Shown here: in pieces, positions 23,602-37,493 of the stretch
How the letters are laid out: the number at the start of each line of letters is the position of its first letter
Numbering within the stretch: the first letter of the stretch is position 1
Source: Parasitella parasitica NRRL 2501
Lineage: Eukaryota > Fungi > Mucoromycota
Direction of reading: 5' to 3'
Assembly (NCBI GenBank): GCA_025201805.1
Contig: MU619257.1
Span: forward strand, 164,276 to 228,275
DNA length: 64,000 bases
The notes under the pieces: generated by a model
Seen by the model: only the letters and a program-made list of their open reading frames with translations
What the model was told of the DNA's origin: nothing
The model's database searches: none
Program-made: the position numbers and the translations under genes

Positions 23602-25371
23602 CTGCTAGATTTGTTTCAATGCCAAATTGTCTGTTGAATGTGTCGTCAAAAGAAAAAAAGAAGAATTTGCGAAAAAAAAAAAAGAGGAAAAAAAAAATCA
23701 AAGGCTCACATTCTCATCAAACGTCTCTTACCACTATCACCCTACTGCTACTATCTCCCCAATACACACACCTCTGCTTACTACTCTCACCCATGGTACA
23801 AATGACTTGTGACGGCCTGTGCTTTTGAAATCTTGCAAATCGCTGCTTTCATGCCATATCGTGATCTCTTACATATCTCTATTAATCAATTGCGTTCATT
23901 CTACTTTCCTGCTGTCATAACTTCAAGTTGGAATCATCATGACATTACTGTTTTGTAAGATTTGTGTGTGTGGTAATCTTCCATTTTCGCAGTGGCGAGT
24001 TTTGAGCGACGACGACGATTTGGTGGATGAAAGTCCGACTCTTTTTTTTTTTTTTTTGGATCTTGGAGGTCGGTTAGTGAAGCAATTTGATCCTTTTCTT
24101 CGCATTTATGTAGATTATTCAATAAATTGTATATAAAACAGACAATACTCAATAATTGAAAATAGTACAGAATTGCATTGCTCATAAATTGGTATAGCTC
24201 TTAAAAAAATAGCTCACCAAAAATTTTGCATAACATTGAATAAAAGCAAAGCATTATTATTAGCCAAAAGTCACAATACATACTATGTAATATGCAAATA
24301 AGCGTTTTGAAGCAGTGCAGAAACGTTATATGCTCATTTTGTTTCAGTAACTATCTTAATGAAAAGTTTTATTTTTTGACTGAAAAATCCGAAAAACTAA
24401 ATTTTGGCGATTTTGATGCATAGTTGTAAGGCTTGGAGGATCAATTTTGCGAGATTTTCAATTTTTGAGATACTGTGATAGGAAGTAGGCACAGAGTAAG
24501 AGTGGTTGTTTGGTGCAAATACGAGCTCTTAAAACTGCATAAAACGGCCAAAATCAAGCTTTGAAAATCATACACTTTTGGATGTTTTAGGTACATGTAT
24601 CAATATCCACTATACAAAAAGACTCTATACCAAAGTTTTTGTCTGCTTGGATACATTGCTACGTCTATCAAGCATATTCTGTAACACATTGCTTGGGCCA
24701 ATTTTATGAAAATGGGCTTGTTTGAGTCGACTGAATTTGGTTACTCCACCTTCGAAAAAAAAAAACAGCAGCCAAATGAAAAGTTGTACATAAATTTGGC
24801 AGCGTGTTTGAAAGTAAAAAATATAGATAAAACCTCATTACCATTCAGTATTGAAAAACTGCATTTATACTTGATTAAATGCACGGAATAAAGTATTAAA
24901 AATACTTTTGAAGTATGGACATTCTGTAAATTTTGTCTGCTGATTACCATGACAATATTGGTTCACCGACTTTAAATCGAATTATCAACAAGATAAAGCA
25001 AATATGCTAAAGGACCACACATAAAATTGAACTGTGTTTTAGGGTTTGCATAAAACAGAAGATCGACTATTATAGGATACTGTTTTTTCCTGCCATGTAA
25101 AAAATTGCAGAAAATCTGAGTAAGCCTACGTACAAACACGAAAGACGTTGATCTAAAACCGATATTTTTATTACGCCAATGAACTGAACATCCGTCAGCT
25201 CTAGTTTCCTTGTGTGAAACGATGAGGCAATCTCAGTGACTTGCAGCAACCATTTGGTAATGGATATATTGCAAATGGGTTACTTTGCATGTTACAAAGT
25301 TGTTGCAAACGAATTAGAACTACGAACTGCTTTCTCCCTTTTTTTATTTATTTTATTGAAGCATTTCAGTT

Positions 25372-26371
25372 ATGGAAGACGAAGAAGGTACGGGTTTGCT
25401 TGTATGATGACGAGTCATAGATAATTAGAACGTATTCCAGAGATCTGTAGAGTCTGCCGCTCGGAAGGCACCGTCGACCAGCCTCTATTTCATCCTTGTA
25501 AATGTGCAGGAAGTATTCGTTACGTTCACCAGGACTGGTAAGCAGCCTTCTATTATTAAAAGCAGTTGCATGATAGTAAAGATGAACAACATTAGTTTGA
25601 TCGAATGGTTAACGCACAGTCGAAAAAAGTACGTCAAATACGCAGCCCAAACATATTCATGTACTAAATCGGATCCGTAGATATTGCGAACTGTGCGAGC
25701 ATCCCTTTACATTTACACCAGGTAAAAAGATTGATTTTTAGACCGAGTGATGGCAATGAATTGACGAAAATCATCTAGTTTATCGACAAGACATGCCAGA
25801 TGTGTTACCTCCCAAGCTATTTGTACGGCAATTGAAGAAAAAGCTCGCGTTTGCCATCACAACGACATTACGAGCAATCTTGGTCTCTTGTATTTGGCTG
25901 ATACTACTGCCGTATTTCACTATTTGGATTTGGAGGCTATACTTTTCAATGGGCACTAATTTATCAAAGCATCTCTCACGATTGCAGCGGCTGAGACCAA
26001 GGATTGGATTCTCTAACACTGTGCGGGAAGAGATGTTGAATTTCGACTATAGCTTACTCAACAGAACCAGCACAAGTTGGCTGCAGGATTACAGATCCCG
26101 ATTTTCGCTGCAGTAAGAAGATTACAAACTGTACAAGAGTTCATTATGTAACTAACAAGCCCTTTCAGAACATTTTTATCAGATTGCTTCGAAGGCCAAA
26201 TCATAACCTGCGTTGTCGTGGTGATTTTTGTCGCTGTGTTTTTACTGAGGGAATGGATTGTGCAGAATATACCAATGGAAGCCCCCATCATTGGAGATGA
26301 CGATGCAGTAGAAATGGCCATTGACGACGACGAAGGGGAGCCTCTGCCTCGCCAACATCATCATCACAATC

Positions 26372-26458
<87 letters not shown>

Positions 26459-29400
26459 CTGCTGACAACTTGTTTGACAACCATTGGGATCATCATCAAC
26501 AGGAGCCTCTGGATTTCGATCAGAGACCTCCCTCACCTGTCGCTACCACCTGGTTCGATAATGGTGAATCCAGTTCAGCAAATCTCATATTTTCCAACAA
26601 CGAGATCTACAACAGACCCTCCCGTGCAACGTCCATGCCTCCATCGTTCTCATCTACAAGCTCTTTTCATGACTATGACGAAGAGCACCAGAGCAATGAG
26701 GGAAAGCCATTAGAAAACCGTAGATCAGCAAGCATGGAGCCATTTATCGACACCACGCCTTCAGACTATCTTAACAATAATGGCCACGACGAGTCATCTG
26801 GCTTTGCTCGAGGACATCCACCTAATGCACCGAGACTGAGACATGCTGAGGCTCCAACTTTTATCAGACCTGTGCTTGAAGTATTAGAAGAAGAGGAGGA
26901 CCAACAACGACAAGCGCCACACGCAGCAGCACCCATCAGAGCACAGCCAATACTACCACCCCCACCCCCACCCCAGCCAATGATGAATGATGCAGATGAC
27001 GATGACGATAATGTCGAAGAATTCGAAGGTGTCCTAGAAGCTATCGGCATGCAAGGCAGTCTATGGTCATTGCTGCAAAACTGTGCTTTGATGGGGTTGC
27101 TGATCGCGCTCAGTCTTGGCGCTGCTGTTTGGATCCCATACTTGATAGGCATGCTATTCATTATGACAGAGATCCTGGATGTAATCCGTATACCATTAAA
27201 GCTGACACGACTGATAACAGATCCTGTCGTAGACTTTTTATTCTTTGTTTGCACCGACTATATTGCACCATGGCTTGCGGACGCCTATACTCAACATTTG
27301 CGCCCTTATTGGATTGCATTCTCCACTTGGCACATATCACAAAAGATATTCATTGCGTTCACGTACATTCTGGGCCGTGCTCTCTCACTCGCTGATCCCC
27401 TAAGCTCTAACACTCCAGCCTCCTTGATATCATCATCTTTTGAAAATATACCCACATCACCATCAGCAGTAGCTTCCGACTCCACCTCGACATTTATCAC
27501 ATCGATGGCTAAATTTATTAATCAGACAGAACCCATGCTGGAATCGGCTATTCACCGGTATCAGCTGCTTGCCACAGGTCAGACTGCTATGGACCGTTTC
27601 GCTTGCATTTTCGTGGGCTATATTATCATAGCCTTAGCCAGTTGTTGGTACCTTTCGCGATCCCCCAACAACAGCAACAGCAACAGCAACATGGCTGCCT
27701 TGGGTCGCACAGCGCAAGAGGCTATTCGCCATCAAGGAATTATCTTCAAGGTGGGCATGTTCATCAGCATCGAGCTTGCTATGTTTCCTATTGTTTGCGG
27801 TTTCCTGCTTGATTTATCAACAATGCCCTTATTTAAATCGGCTTCGTTCATGGGTAGATTCATGTATCTAAAATCAAATCCTGTGCCGTCTGTATTCCTG
27901 CATTGGTTCCTAGGCACTGGCTTCATGTTCTTGTTCGCGGTCTTGGTGACATTATGTCGTGATGTAGTGCGTCCAGGCGTAATGTGGTTTATTAGAGACC
28001 CCAACGATCCGCAGTTCCATCCCATTCGAGAAATAGTTGAAAGACCCGTTTTCTTTCAACTGAAGAAGATTGGAGCCAGTGCTCTGATCTATCTTACGGT
28101 GATAATAGTGGGCATTGGCGGCCTAGTTCATTTCCTCAACACAGTGGCCGGACACATCTTACCGCTGAGGTGGAATCTATCGTAAGTGTCTTTTTTTTTT
28201 TTTCACATAATCCCATAATCGTTTGAATTTATCGAGTTAATGTTTGTTTAACACATTTAGTAGAGTTCCTTTATCAGTAGTTCCAGTGGATTTAATTGTA
28301 ATTCACGTTGGTATTCCTGCTATTGTCAACTATTTCAAGCCAAAGCAGATTATCAAGCAGGTGTTTGTCAAATGGATTACCATGACATGCCGTCATTTGA
28401 GATTATCGTCATTTGTGTTTGGCGGTAGAAAGGCAGACGAGGAAGGGACCTTGGTATATCACAACTGGGTGGCATGGCTGAAGCGCACAAAACCTACGCA
28501 CTATCCTGCGGATGGTGCCATCGATGACATTATAGAGAGCCAAGTATCTTATTTGTGGGAGGGCCAATTACTGCGTGTTCCTCGACATGATAGCGTACCT
28601 ATTATCGAACGTCGTCGTATGCTTGTGCCTGTTGATAACTTTACCCTTGAACCTCTGGATGAAACTGAAAGACGATTGGGACATCCTGCTGCCAGCGCAC
28701 CTGGTGGTGACGAAGTAAACACTGTCATTGTCTACAGCCCTCCTCATTTCAAAGAAAGACTGCTAGTTTTTGTGGGCTTTATGTGGTTGTCTATGAGCAT
28801 ATTTTTCTGCGCCATCACCGTATTGCCTGTTCTCCTAGGTCGCTACATCTTTGAGCACAAACTGCATCTTGATACCGAGGTACATGACATTTATTCGTTC
28901 GTTTTAGGTGGCTGTATCCTGCTGTTCATGGGTATATTGATTCAGCAATGCTACAAATCTGTCAAGGATATCAGCGCACAATCCACATGGTCTGACTTGA
29001 CGCTGTCAGTATGGGACCATGTCAAGCAATGGACTTTATGGCTTTCTCGATGGTCTTTCTTTGTATTATCGTTTGGTGTTCTCGTACCAATGTCGCTTGG
29101 AATCATGATCGAGTTATATCTTGTTCTGCCGTTTGTTCAGATTACTCCAGATGCACCTTCGATCGAAATATTGCCCATGTGGGCTGCTGGCTTTGTGTGC
29201 CAAGTGATACTCCATGGATTTATACAAGTTGTTCCCAATAATAAGTTGAAGGAGATTCTTGAAGATGTAAGTATCAGTATTTTAACTCACAACGTGCCCG
29301 CTTATCCAGCTCCTTCGTGTAATAGGTATTCCAAGGGGGTATCAATGAAATGAAGGTTGAATCATGTTGCACAAGGCTACTGGGCCCATTACTGTTTGTC

Positions 29401-29709
29401 ACCTTGAATGCTAGCTGTCTCCCATTCTTGCCAGCTTACATCAATATGAAGATTCTCGACATGAGTCGCAAGTATTTCAAACCATGCTTATACACATCAA
29501 GTCTGACTAATATGTTGTTTTCTGTAATAGTTGAGCAAAACGCTGAATTGTCAATGAAGATGCTTCAAATGGCTTATCCCATTGCTCTTATTGGCATTGG
29601 AGGCTATTATCTCGGCAAATTTGGTAGAAGGATTAGAACTAGGTTGGTTCAAAACATTAGAGAAGACAACTATTTGATAGGCAGAACACTGCATAACCTG
29701 GATCAATAA
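25372..29709 (+). CDS. SSM4: ERAD E3 ubiquitin ligase Doa10/Ssm4 (MARCH6), multi-exon
   Basis: Spliced N-terminal [15 protein letters not shown]...[23 protein letters not shown]...YCELC. TD-domain [14 protein letters not shown], many TM helices, C-terminal [14 protein letters not shown]. Confidence 0.93.
26371..26457 (+). repeat. (CAA)20(CAG)9 polyglutamine microsatellite in Doa10
   Basis: Read directly from the sequence. Confidence 0.95.
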
Positions 29710-29806
29710 GCATTTCACTCACATACGCTCAATGCCAACATTTACAACATGACATTATATACCTCTTCATTGTAAAATAAAAATAAAACAAAAAGGCTTC
29801 ATCTGT

Positions 29807-32228
29807 TTATTTAAAATGCAATTCTTTACGCAGGCAAGATAATTCATCAACTGAAAGCTGACCAGGAGCAGCAGCTACAGCCATGGTTGGGTGTGTTGCA
29901 GGGCTCAGAAACTTGTTGGCAACTCTTGAAAACCTGCCATCAGCGCCCATATTGATCAAAATAATCTCCTTGTTCTTTTCAGGATCAATTTGGCGTCTAA
30001 ATTCTTCTAGCTTGATATTATCGTAAAAGCTTTTCGCAAACCCGACCAGTTTGATAACCCCTTGGTGCTTGTAAACCTCAAATAGGCGTCGTGCTTGCTC
30101 ATGTATTCTTTTCATCGCATCATCAGACCAAGAAAGTGCGTGCTTGGGGTCATGGAAAGAGAAAATAATCTTTGTGTTATCGTACAGCTGGTTCAATTCC
30201 ATGATTGCTTGCTGTTTATTTTCAGGCAATGTGCATGATTCCATGTCAATGTAGTCGCACCCCCACCGATGGCCCCATCGAAGAAGGGTTTCGTAAAGAT
30301 CCACTTGGGTAGAATCAAATTTTCCAGCTTGAGGCTGTGTACGAACAGTGTATATGATAGGCAGGTGCGTCAATTGTCGAAGATGAGCAAGCTGTGTACC
30401 AACATTGGCAACCCAACCATCCATGTCATCTTGAGGGGGCAAATGATCCACTCTGAATTCAATAGCATCGGTACCTTCAAGCCATTGCTTCATCAGTTCA
30501 GGCAAAACACACTGGTAAGATGATATTGTTGGTGTTATGAACGTAGTCTGCAAGCTACCGAGAGGACTGATATGGCGAGAATGAGCAAGCATGGTAATGT
30601 TGATAAAGTGTAGTGCATTACGAACAAATTGAAGATCGGCTTTTTCCAGAGGCAAGACTACATACTCGTACCATATATCGTTGCCAGTAAAAATCTTTGT
30701 TGAACCTGCCTGCCCAGTAAAATTGATTTTGATCTGTTTGTCTGCATTGTTGCCAGAAAGCTTCAATCGATGTTCGCTCTGAGCGGCGATTTCAACGCCA
30801 AAATTTTTGAACAATGTTGAAAGAGCCCTGAGATGTGACAATAGATTGTGTGAATCGATAACAATATCAAGAGCAAACGTGTTCATAAAGTTGTCTTCTC
30901 GGAACATGCTGTTTGCTTTAGCTGTACTAGTGCTATCAAAAGACGACGGAATGTATTTTTGAAGAACATGTTTGATAGCAGCATCAGGTACATTTGAAGG
31001 CTTGTTTTCCAGATTCGAGCCAATATCTTTCAATAGCACAATTCTCTTTTGAACACCTTTATTCTTCTTATCCACCTTCATAGTGTCCATAATTCGAGCT
31101 AATTCCAGTCTTCTTTGAGAGTCTTGATCAAACTTGACAGGTAACTCATACAATTGCAAACATTGCGTAAGTCGGGCAACCACGCCGGAATCGCAGTAGC
31201 CAAGATAATGCGAAAGTTCTGCTTCGTGTATCAAACCAAGGGAAACGCATTCACCATGAAGCCATTCAGGAGATAAATGGGCCTCATAAGCGTGTCCAAA
31301 GGAATGTCCAAAATTCAACAAACCACGAACGCCATCCTCTCTCTTGTCTCTAGTGACAATATCCGCTTTGAAAGCAGCACAGGCACATACTACATTAATT
31401 AACATTGCTTTATCGGCATCTATATGGATATATACATGTATATAAATGACAAATCAATGGCTTAAATAGTATACATAGATAGGTACCTAGAACCTTTTGG
31501 TCGCTGAAACCAAGTACTGATTCAATTTGAGCTTTTCCATTTTCAAGCTTAAGGAAGTCGGATTCACTCGAAATAGCAAATGTCTGTAGAAAGTATTAGG
31601 TAATCAACTTATGCCTGACAACAATTACTATGCGTACCTTTATTATTTCAGCCATACCATTGGCAACTTCTCTTTTGGGAAGCGTCTCCAGCACAGAAAG
31701 ATTCATGTATATGCGCTTCGGCTGCCAAAAACTGCCAATCAAGTTTTTACCATGGGCTGTGTCAATAGCTGTTTTGCCGCCAATGCTAGAATCAACCATA
31801 GCTAGCAATGTAGTGGGTATCTGAACAAACGGTACACCACGCATAAATGTTGCTGCAACAAAGCCAACAAGATCTCCTACTACACCGCCACCTAGTGCAA
31901 TAAGACAAGTGTCTCGCGTGCATTTTTCATTTAATAAAAAGTCCTCGATAGATGCTTTTGCATTGCGAGACTTGGATTGTTCACCACAGGGCAGAATGCG
32001 AGTCAGAAGCCTTTGATTTGGCTTCAATTGTAGCTGAATCAGTTGGAATAATTCGCTCAGGTAAAGTGGTGCTAGCTGGGTGTCAGTAATGATCACGTAA
32101 TTAGATACGTTATTAATGCTTTCAACCAAATCTAACGCTATATGACTCATCAAGTTATAACCAATTTGAATAACATGTGGCACATTCAACAAAGAAATTG
32201 TTGTAACATTGGATATATCATAAACCAT
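29807..32228 (-). CDS. Bifunctional 3-dehydroquinate synthase / type I 3-dehydroquinate dehydratase (AROM-derived; lacks EPSP synthase, shikimate kinase and shikimate dehydrogenase), 766 aa
   Basis: Exons 32228-31638, 31583-31487, 31419-29807. DHQS motifs [50 protein letters not shown]. DHQase I motifs [35 protein letters not shown], then stop. Confidence 0.9.
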
Positions 32229-33678
32229 CGTAGGAGATTATAATGTATAAATGGAAAAGAAAGTTCTTATAATCTTAATGTATTATGCTAGGACAATTTA
32301 TATTATATGCTTCAAATATTGTTGTTTGTTAAACTCGTAATAAGCCGGCATGGTGCTCATTCAAGCAGTAAAATACATCTTTCTTTCAAGAAATAGAGCC
32401 GCTTTTAAATATTCCACATACAGAATGTCTGCTTTTTTTGGTGTTTTACTTATGCTGTTAGTGATAATGTTGCCAGTGCCAACAATAACTTTCCTGTTGG
32501 AGGCATTGGCTTATTCACATGGCATAAAGCCTGATCTTATTTTTGGTATGGGCAGCAAAAACTCGTCAAATAGGCAGAACCAGAATATAGCAAGAGCAAG
32601 TTGCATCCTGATGAAAGGCGAGGAATTATATTAAGTTCTCTTCCAAAATATCTGCTCTTTCTTTACTTGGGACTTGCAGGCATTTTTTCAATGGATCTGA
32701 TTTTATTGAGCAAACTTGAATCTTGTTGAAGCTGTTTGGTTTGAAGCTGCTGTCCACTTTAACGTCTAAATTAGTTAAATCAGGAAAATGAACCATTTGG
32801 TGTTCATATGAGGCAGCTAATTGATAAAAATTTTGACAGTGTCGAAGAGAGAACTGAAAACAATATTTCTGTTTTTACTTGTATTATATCTTTTGAGACG
32901 ATTTGTTTCCATTAAAGTCAAAGGTATCCATTTTAGTAGAGTCTTTTTTTTTTAATTCTCTGCAAGCAAAATAAAGAGAACAGGGACAGTGCCTCGATGG
33001 GTTAAAGCGACCAGAATACTAGGCATGGTCAAGGGTTAAAGACAGATTGTAGACCTACTGCAACCCATTGCACGCAACTGAAAAGGAAGCCTACCGACTC
33101 AAATAATGCTGTTCTACCCTGATGTTTTAGCGATAATCAAGCAAACAGAGATCATCATGATTGAGACTTCTAATTAACACTGGATACATAGTAGTTACGT
33201 CTGTCGTTATGAGTGCTTGTACCTGTCATTAAGAAGGCTAAACAGGTTCCCAAAATATGACAAGTTGATAGTTTTTATTCTGATGTCTCGCTCTCTGCAC
33301 TGTCAAGAGCACTTTATCAAAACAACGCAGCTTGATCCTTAACAAGCCATTCGACAAAGATGAGATTGTTCATTACGACCTGTTCAGTAAGGCCGACTCA
33401 AGTTTGTCTTTTTGGAGTGAGTATTTGATAATCCAGACAGCTCTCGGCTCAAGTAGGATATATTGCATGCGCACCTTTTAACTGCTCAGAGATGGCTTGT
33501 ATAAGCTTTTACCTTTCAAATGCAAAAAGCAGATTCGAATCGTCCATCTGCAAGTCTTTTTAATTGTCAGACATTAATTGTTTGTTATGATTATCTCACT
33601 AAACAACAATAGCCTCTTTTCTCCTTTCTTTTCTTTTCTTTTTCTTTGTATATTCTGATCAAAGAGTTTGATGCAAGT

Positions 33679-35891
33679 ATGAACCAAGAGTTGACGCGTC
33701 GGTACCCACAACCGGTGCCGGTTTCAGCGGCTACAGCTCTTCATTATCGACAGTACAAAAATAATACAAGCGTAGCGTCATCGCTAGGTTCTATTCCAGA
33801 CCCTATCGAGTTACTGAACATTAAAGCAGACTTGGAGGCGTTGTTGCCTTTATCTGAAAGAAGGGCTCGAAACCTTCAGAGAGATCTCTCTAATATAAAG
33901 AAAAATGTTCGGGTGCGAGACTTGAGTAAGTAGAGCAATTGGATTAATGGTGCCTGTGCTAACCCAACAGAAAACAGCCCAAGACGAACAAAAACAACTG
34001 GATCAACAACTGCAGTACCAAAAGAAACAACAGCAAGCACAAAAGCAGTTGATGCAAATACAACAGCAAACACTGCAGCAAACACAACAAAGCCATCAAG
34101 ACCATCCCAAGAAATCAGGCAAGAGCACCAGTCCTGCTATCTTGGAAAAACTGCAAATCAAGCAAGAAACCACAAGTATTTAGTATTGTTGCTTTATTAT
34201 TTGCATTTCAAGTTCTATATTTATTTATGCTATTTTTATGATTTTTCTCTCTCCTCTTTTCCTCCCATTTTTTCCTGTAGATGAATCGTCAGATATGCTA
34301 CACTCAATCACACAAAATAAGAACCAACTCGAAAGGCAGCTGTACAGTAGTCAAATATACCAAAGCAATATATGCTGAATGCTCAAAGACTCACATAAAT
34401 GTGTAATAACAGTGCATTGGAAGCTCTACGACGGAAAAGAAGACGAGAAGATGATGTCGGTCTATCCAAAAGTAAAAGAAGCAAGATGTACATTTCTCAA
34501 ACGTTGTTTTTACTGAATTGATATTGTAGATGCTTCGTCTCGGAGTGAATCGCCTCACCAAATAGTTAAACTAAAGAGATTAGACGATACACCTCCTAAT
34601 ACAGTAACACGAAGCCTATCACCGCCTTCATTTTCCACGACACCAACTGCGAAATCACATACAAAAGCAGCACAGGTACTCTAACCAGAATAGCAAGCAC
34701 CGTCCAGCTAACGTTTATGTTTATGCTTTAGCAGCATACAAAAAAAAAGAAATCGACAGATGCCAATAGAAATCACAATAGCACGCAGCAGAAAGCACAT
34801 AATCGATCCAGTACACCCGACACGGATTTCGTCCGAGTAAAATCCAAAGACCAAGTACCCATTCTGACCTTTTGGACAGCTGTAGATCCACATTTTCGAC
34901 CTCTAGCAGAAGAAGATCGATCCTTTTTACTGGCCAAAGATGATGATGAAAAGTTCTATTCGATACCACCCTTGGGCAGGCATTACACAGACGTTTGGTC
35001 AGAGGACGATATACCCGCTATGAGTCGATCACATTCACCTATGAGTTCTAGTTCGAGACAAGACTCACACGATCATGTAAAATACCTATCACACCCTTTG
35101 ACTGACGACCATCTGTTTAAGGCTGATATTAGCTGTGGGAAATTGACGGAGCGATTACTGAGCAGCTTGGTAGCAGATGATGGGATTGTAATTCATGAGG
35201 AAGACGATGACCAGGACGATATTTTGTCAACCGAGCTATTTGCTCCTACTAAAGATTACAATTACAGTCGATCAATAGAGGAAATGTTGTCGAAACCCCC
35301 AGATGACATTGCAGTTTTTGAGGAGAGATTAAAGGACGAGTTGCGATATGCTGGATTATTTGGTGAAGATGATGTGAGTTGGGGAAACTATCATGCAAAT
35401 GGGTTGTTTAACAAGCCATCTATAGGTTGACTGGGACACCAGAGAAGATGACGAAATATGTGCAGAGTTAAGACTGGCAAGCAAAGAGCTGAAGGATCAA
35501 TACGCCATGAACGAATACCGAAAAAAACGGCTATTGAGTGTAGTTGATAATCAGCTGCAATATGAGCAGTATAGACATGTGTTGGATAACCTAGACGTTC
35601 AAGTAGAGCAATGCTATTTAAAGCGATTTGTAAGTTGCAAAGCAACCCATTCTTACGCAGCAATCTAACATGACATATATGCAGAGAACGCAAAAATCGA
35701 AAAAAAGAAAGACACCAGCTTCGTCAAAATCTGCTCTATCAGAACACGCAGTCCATGCAATGACCAAGAGAAAAGCCTGGATTAATGCTTTGGAGGGAAT
35801 CTTTAATGACAAAAACCTTGTTATGCCCACAGTTTCGATATTCGAAGAGGAGGTGTTTACAAACGATAATAACCATAAGCAAATCCAATAA
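33679..35891 (+). CDS. NGG1: SAGA/ADA histone acetyltransferase subunit Ada3/Ngg1, multi-exon
   Basis: FWTAVDPHFRPL, IPPLGRHYTDVWSEDD, CGKLTERLLSSL, FEERLKDELRYAGL, REDDEICAELR, LDNLDVQVEQCYLKR. Confidence 0.85.
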
Positions 35892-37012
35892 ATGTAAATC
35901 ACAGCTTGAGCACCCAATAACTCACGCTGCTAGCCATTGAAGGGCTTTTGCTCTACAAAATCATTGAGACAATTGTTGCTTTCATGGATAGCGCCCGCCG
36001 TAAACGTCTCTTAGTTTCATGCAATACATTTCCAGTTTCTGAGATCCTCCCTGAAAATCATAGTCTCTCTGGCACCAAACTCTGTTTTTTTTTTTTCTAT
36101 CCACACTTTGATTTAAACGGTCGTGATACCGTATTTTAAAGGACAAGCACATTGACTTGTAAATTCCCCACCACAAAAACCAGCAGCTATCATAATAGTT
36201 TCCTTGTCGATCAAAATACCTCGCTTGAAATTGAGAAAATCCCCTGTATGAATTGACATTCTCGAAATACAGAATCAGATGTTGATACCTTTGATACTCC
36301 ACACTTCCCCACATGAAAGATACCTAGAATAGCAATACCTGCACGCTTTCTTTCGTAGAGCTGAAACCTTTGCTGTCCATTTATGTTTCATTCAATGACT
36401 ACCCGTCTAGAAAGAGTGCAAAAGGTAGTAACTAAAATATGTGTACGTCTTGCTTTGTATTTGCGAATGTCAAATCAGCAGCAGGTTCGTTTAACCTCTT
36501 CCGCCCGAATTAAGGAAGACAGGAGGCAAAAGAAGAAGAAGAAGAAGAAAAAAAGAAAACCTCGTGAAGCAAGCATACTTGCGAAATCCTCCTGAGATTG
36601 GTATAGTAAAGGAAGAACGGGATTGGCGACTTTTGATTACATATTGATACAAGACCGGTCGTTTGCTACAAGCAATGTTTACATGTGAATATGAATGACG
36701 TATCGATAACGAATGCTGCGCAACAAAAGACATATCCCTTAATAGAAGAACATTGCAATTTAAGGAAGAGAGGCAACCATTATTATTGGGTAATTCCAAC
36801 CAGACATTGTACATTAAGCAGTTTTCTCCCTTTATGAATGTAGATGAAACCCGGAAACCTCGGATGAAATTCTCGTTTGTTTACACCCACTTTGATTGTC
36901 ACATTATCATATCCACACACGGCCCGTGTTTCATTTTAAAGGAGTAGCAGTAGGTATTGGAAAGGTGATTTACACAAACCGAAAAAGGACAATGATTCAT
37001 TTGTAGAACTAT

Positions 37013-37020
37013 TATAAAAG
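37013..37020 (+). promoter_or_regulatory. TATA box of the Tyr-rich gene
   Basis: TATAAAAG about 60 bp upstream of the ATG at 37078. Confidence 0.5.
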
Positions 37021-37077
37021 GCTCTTGTTTGGGCTTTTACTCTTATATCATTTTTTCTCTTTGGCTGTTAAGGCATT

Positions 37078-37493
37078 ATGGGTAACATGAATAGCGCTGA
37101 TGATCCATACGGTTATGGGTATGGTTACAATGGATATAATGTTTACAATAACGAGGTAAGCCCCATTCTTATCAAAGCTATGGTGCTTGCCACTCAATTT
37201 GTTTTAAGCTGGAAAGATATTACAGAAGGTACTATCCTCAATACAACTCCTATTATACACCGCAGCCGTATGCTCAACCAAATTATTATGGATACCAACA
37301 GCAATTAATCCCCAACATGACTGCAGGCTATGCGTCCTCACCCTATGCTGCTACGTACGGCAGTTACGGCATGCCAGGATACAGCTACAACTCACCCATC
37401 TACTCCTCAATGTACAACAGTGCGCCTGTCTATGGTCAAACGTATAACAACGGGTATTACCCAGCAAACTATCTGCAAAGAACTTATTTGTAA
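37078..37493 (+). CDS. 120-aa Tyr/Gly/Asn-rich low-complexity protein (2 exons)
   Basis: Exons 37078-37155 and 37209-37493, intron GTAAG...TTTAAG. MGNMNSADDPYGYGYGYNGY...RYYRRYYPQYNSYY...YLQRTYL*. Confidence 0.7.

Noticed and set aside
24165-24930. MITE or non-autonomous DNA transposon
   Set aside because: Only a TACAGAAT/ATTCTGTA 8-bp inverted match; not enough to call TIRs.
26242-26713. Poly-Leu, poly-Val/Ala and poly-Asn ORFs (and similar ones at 46847-48479 and 61909-62115)
   Set aside because: Alternative-frame or antisense readings of microsatellites inside real genes.
32350-33560. Missing AROM domains encoded next to the mini-AROM
   Set aside because: No EPSP synthase, shikimate kinase or shikimate dehydrogenase motifs are visible upstream, and downstream the convergent DOA10 gene ends within 100 bp.
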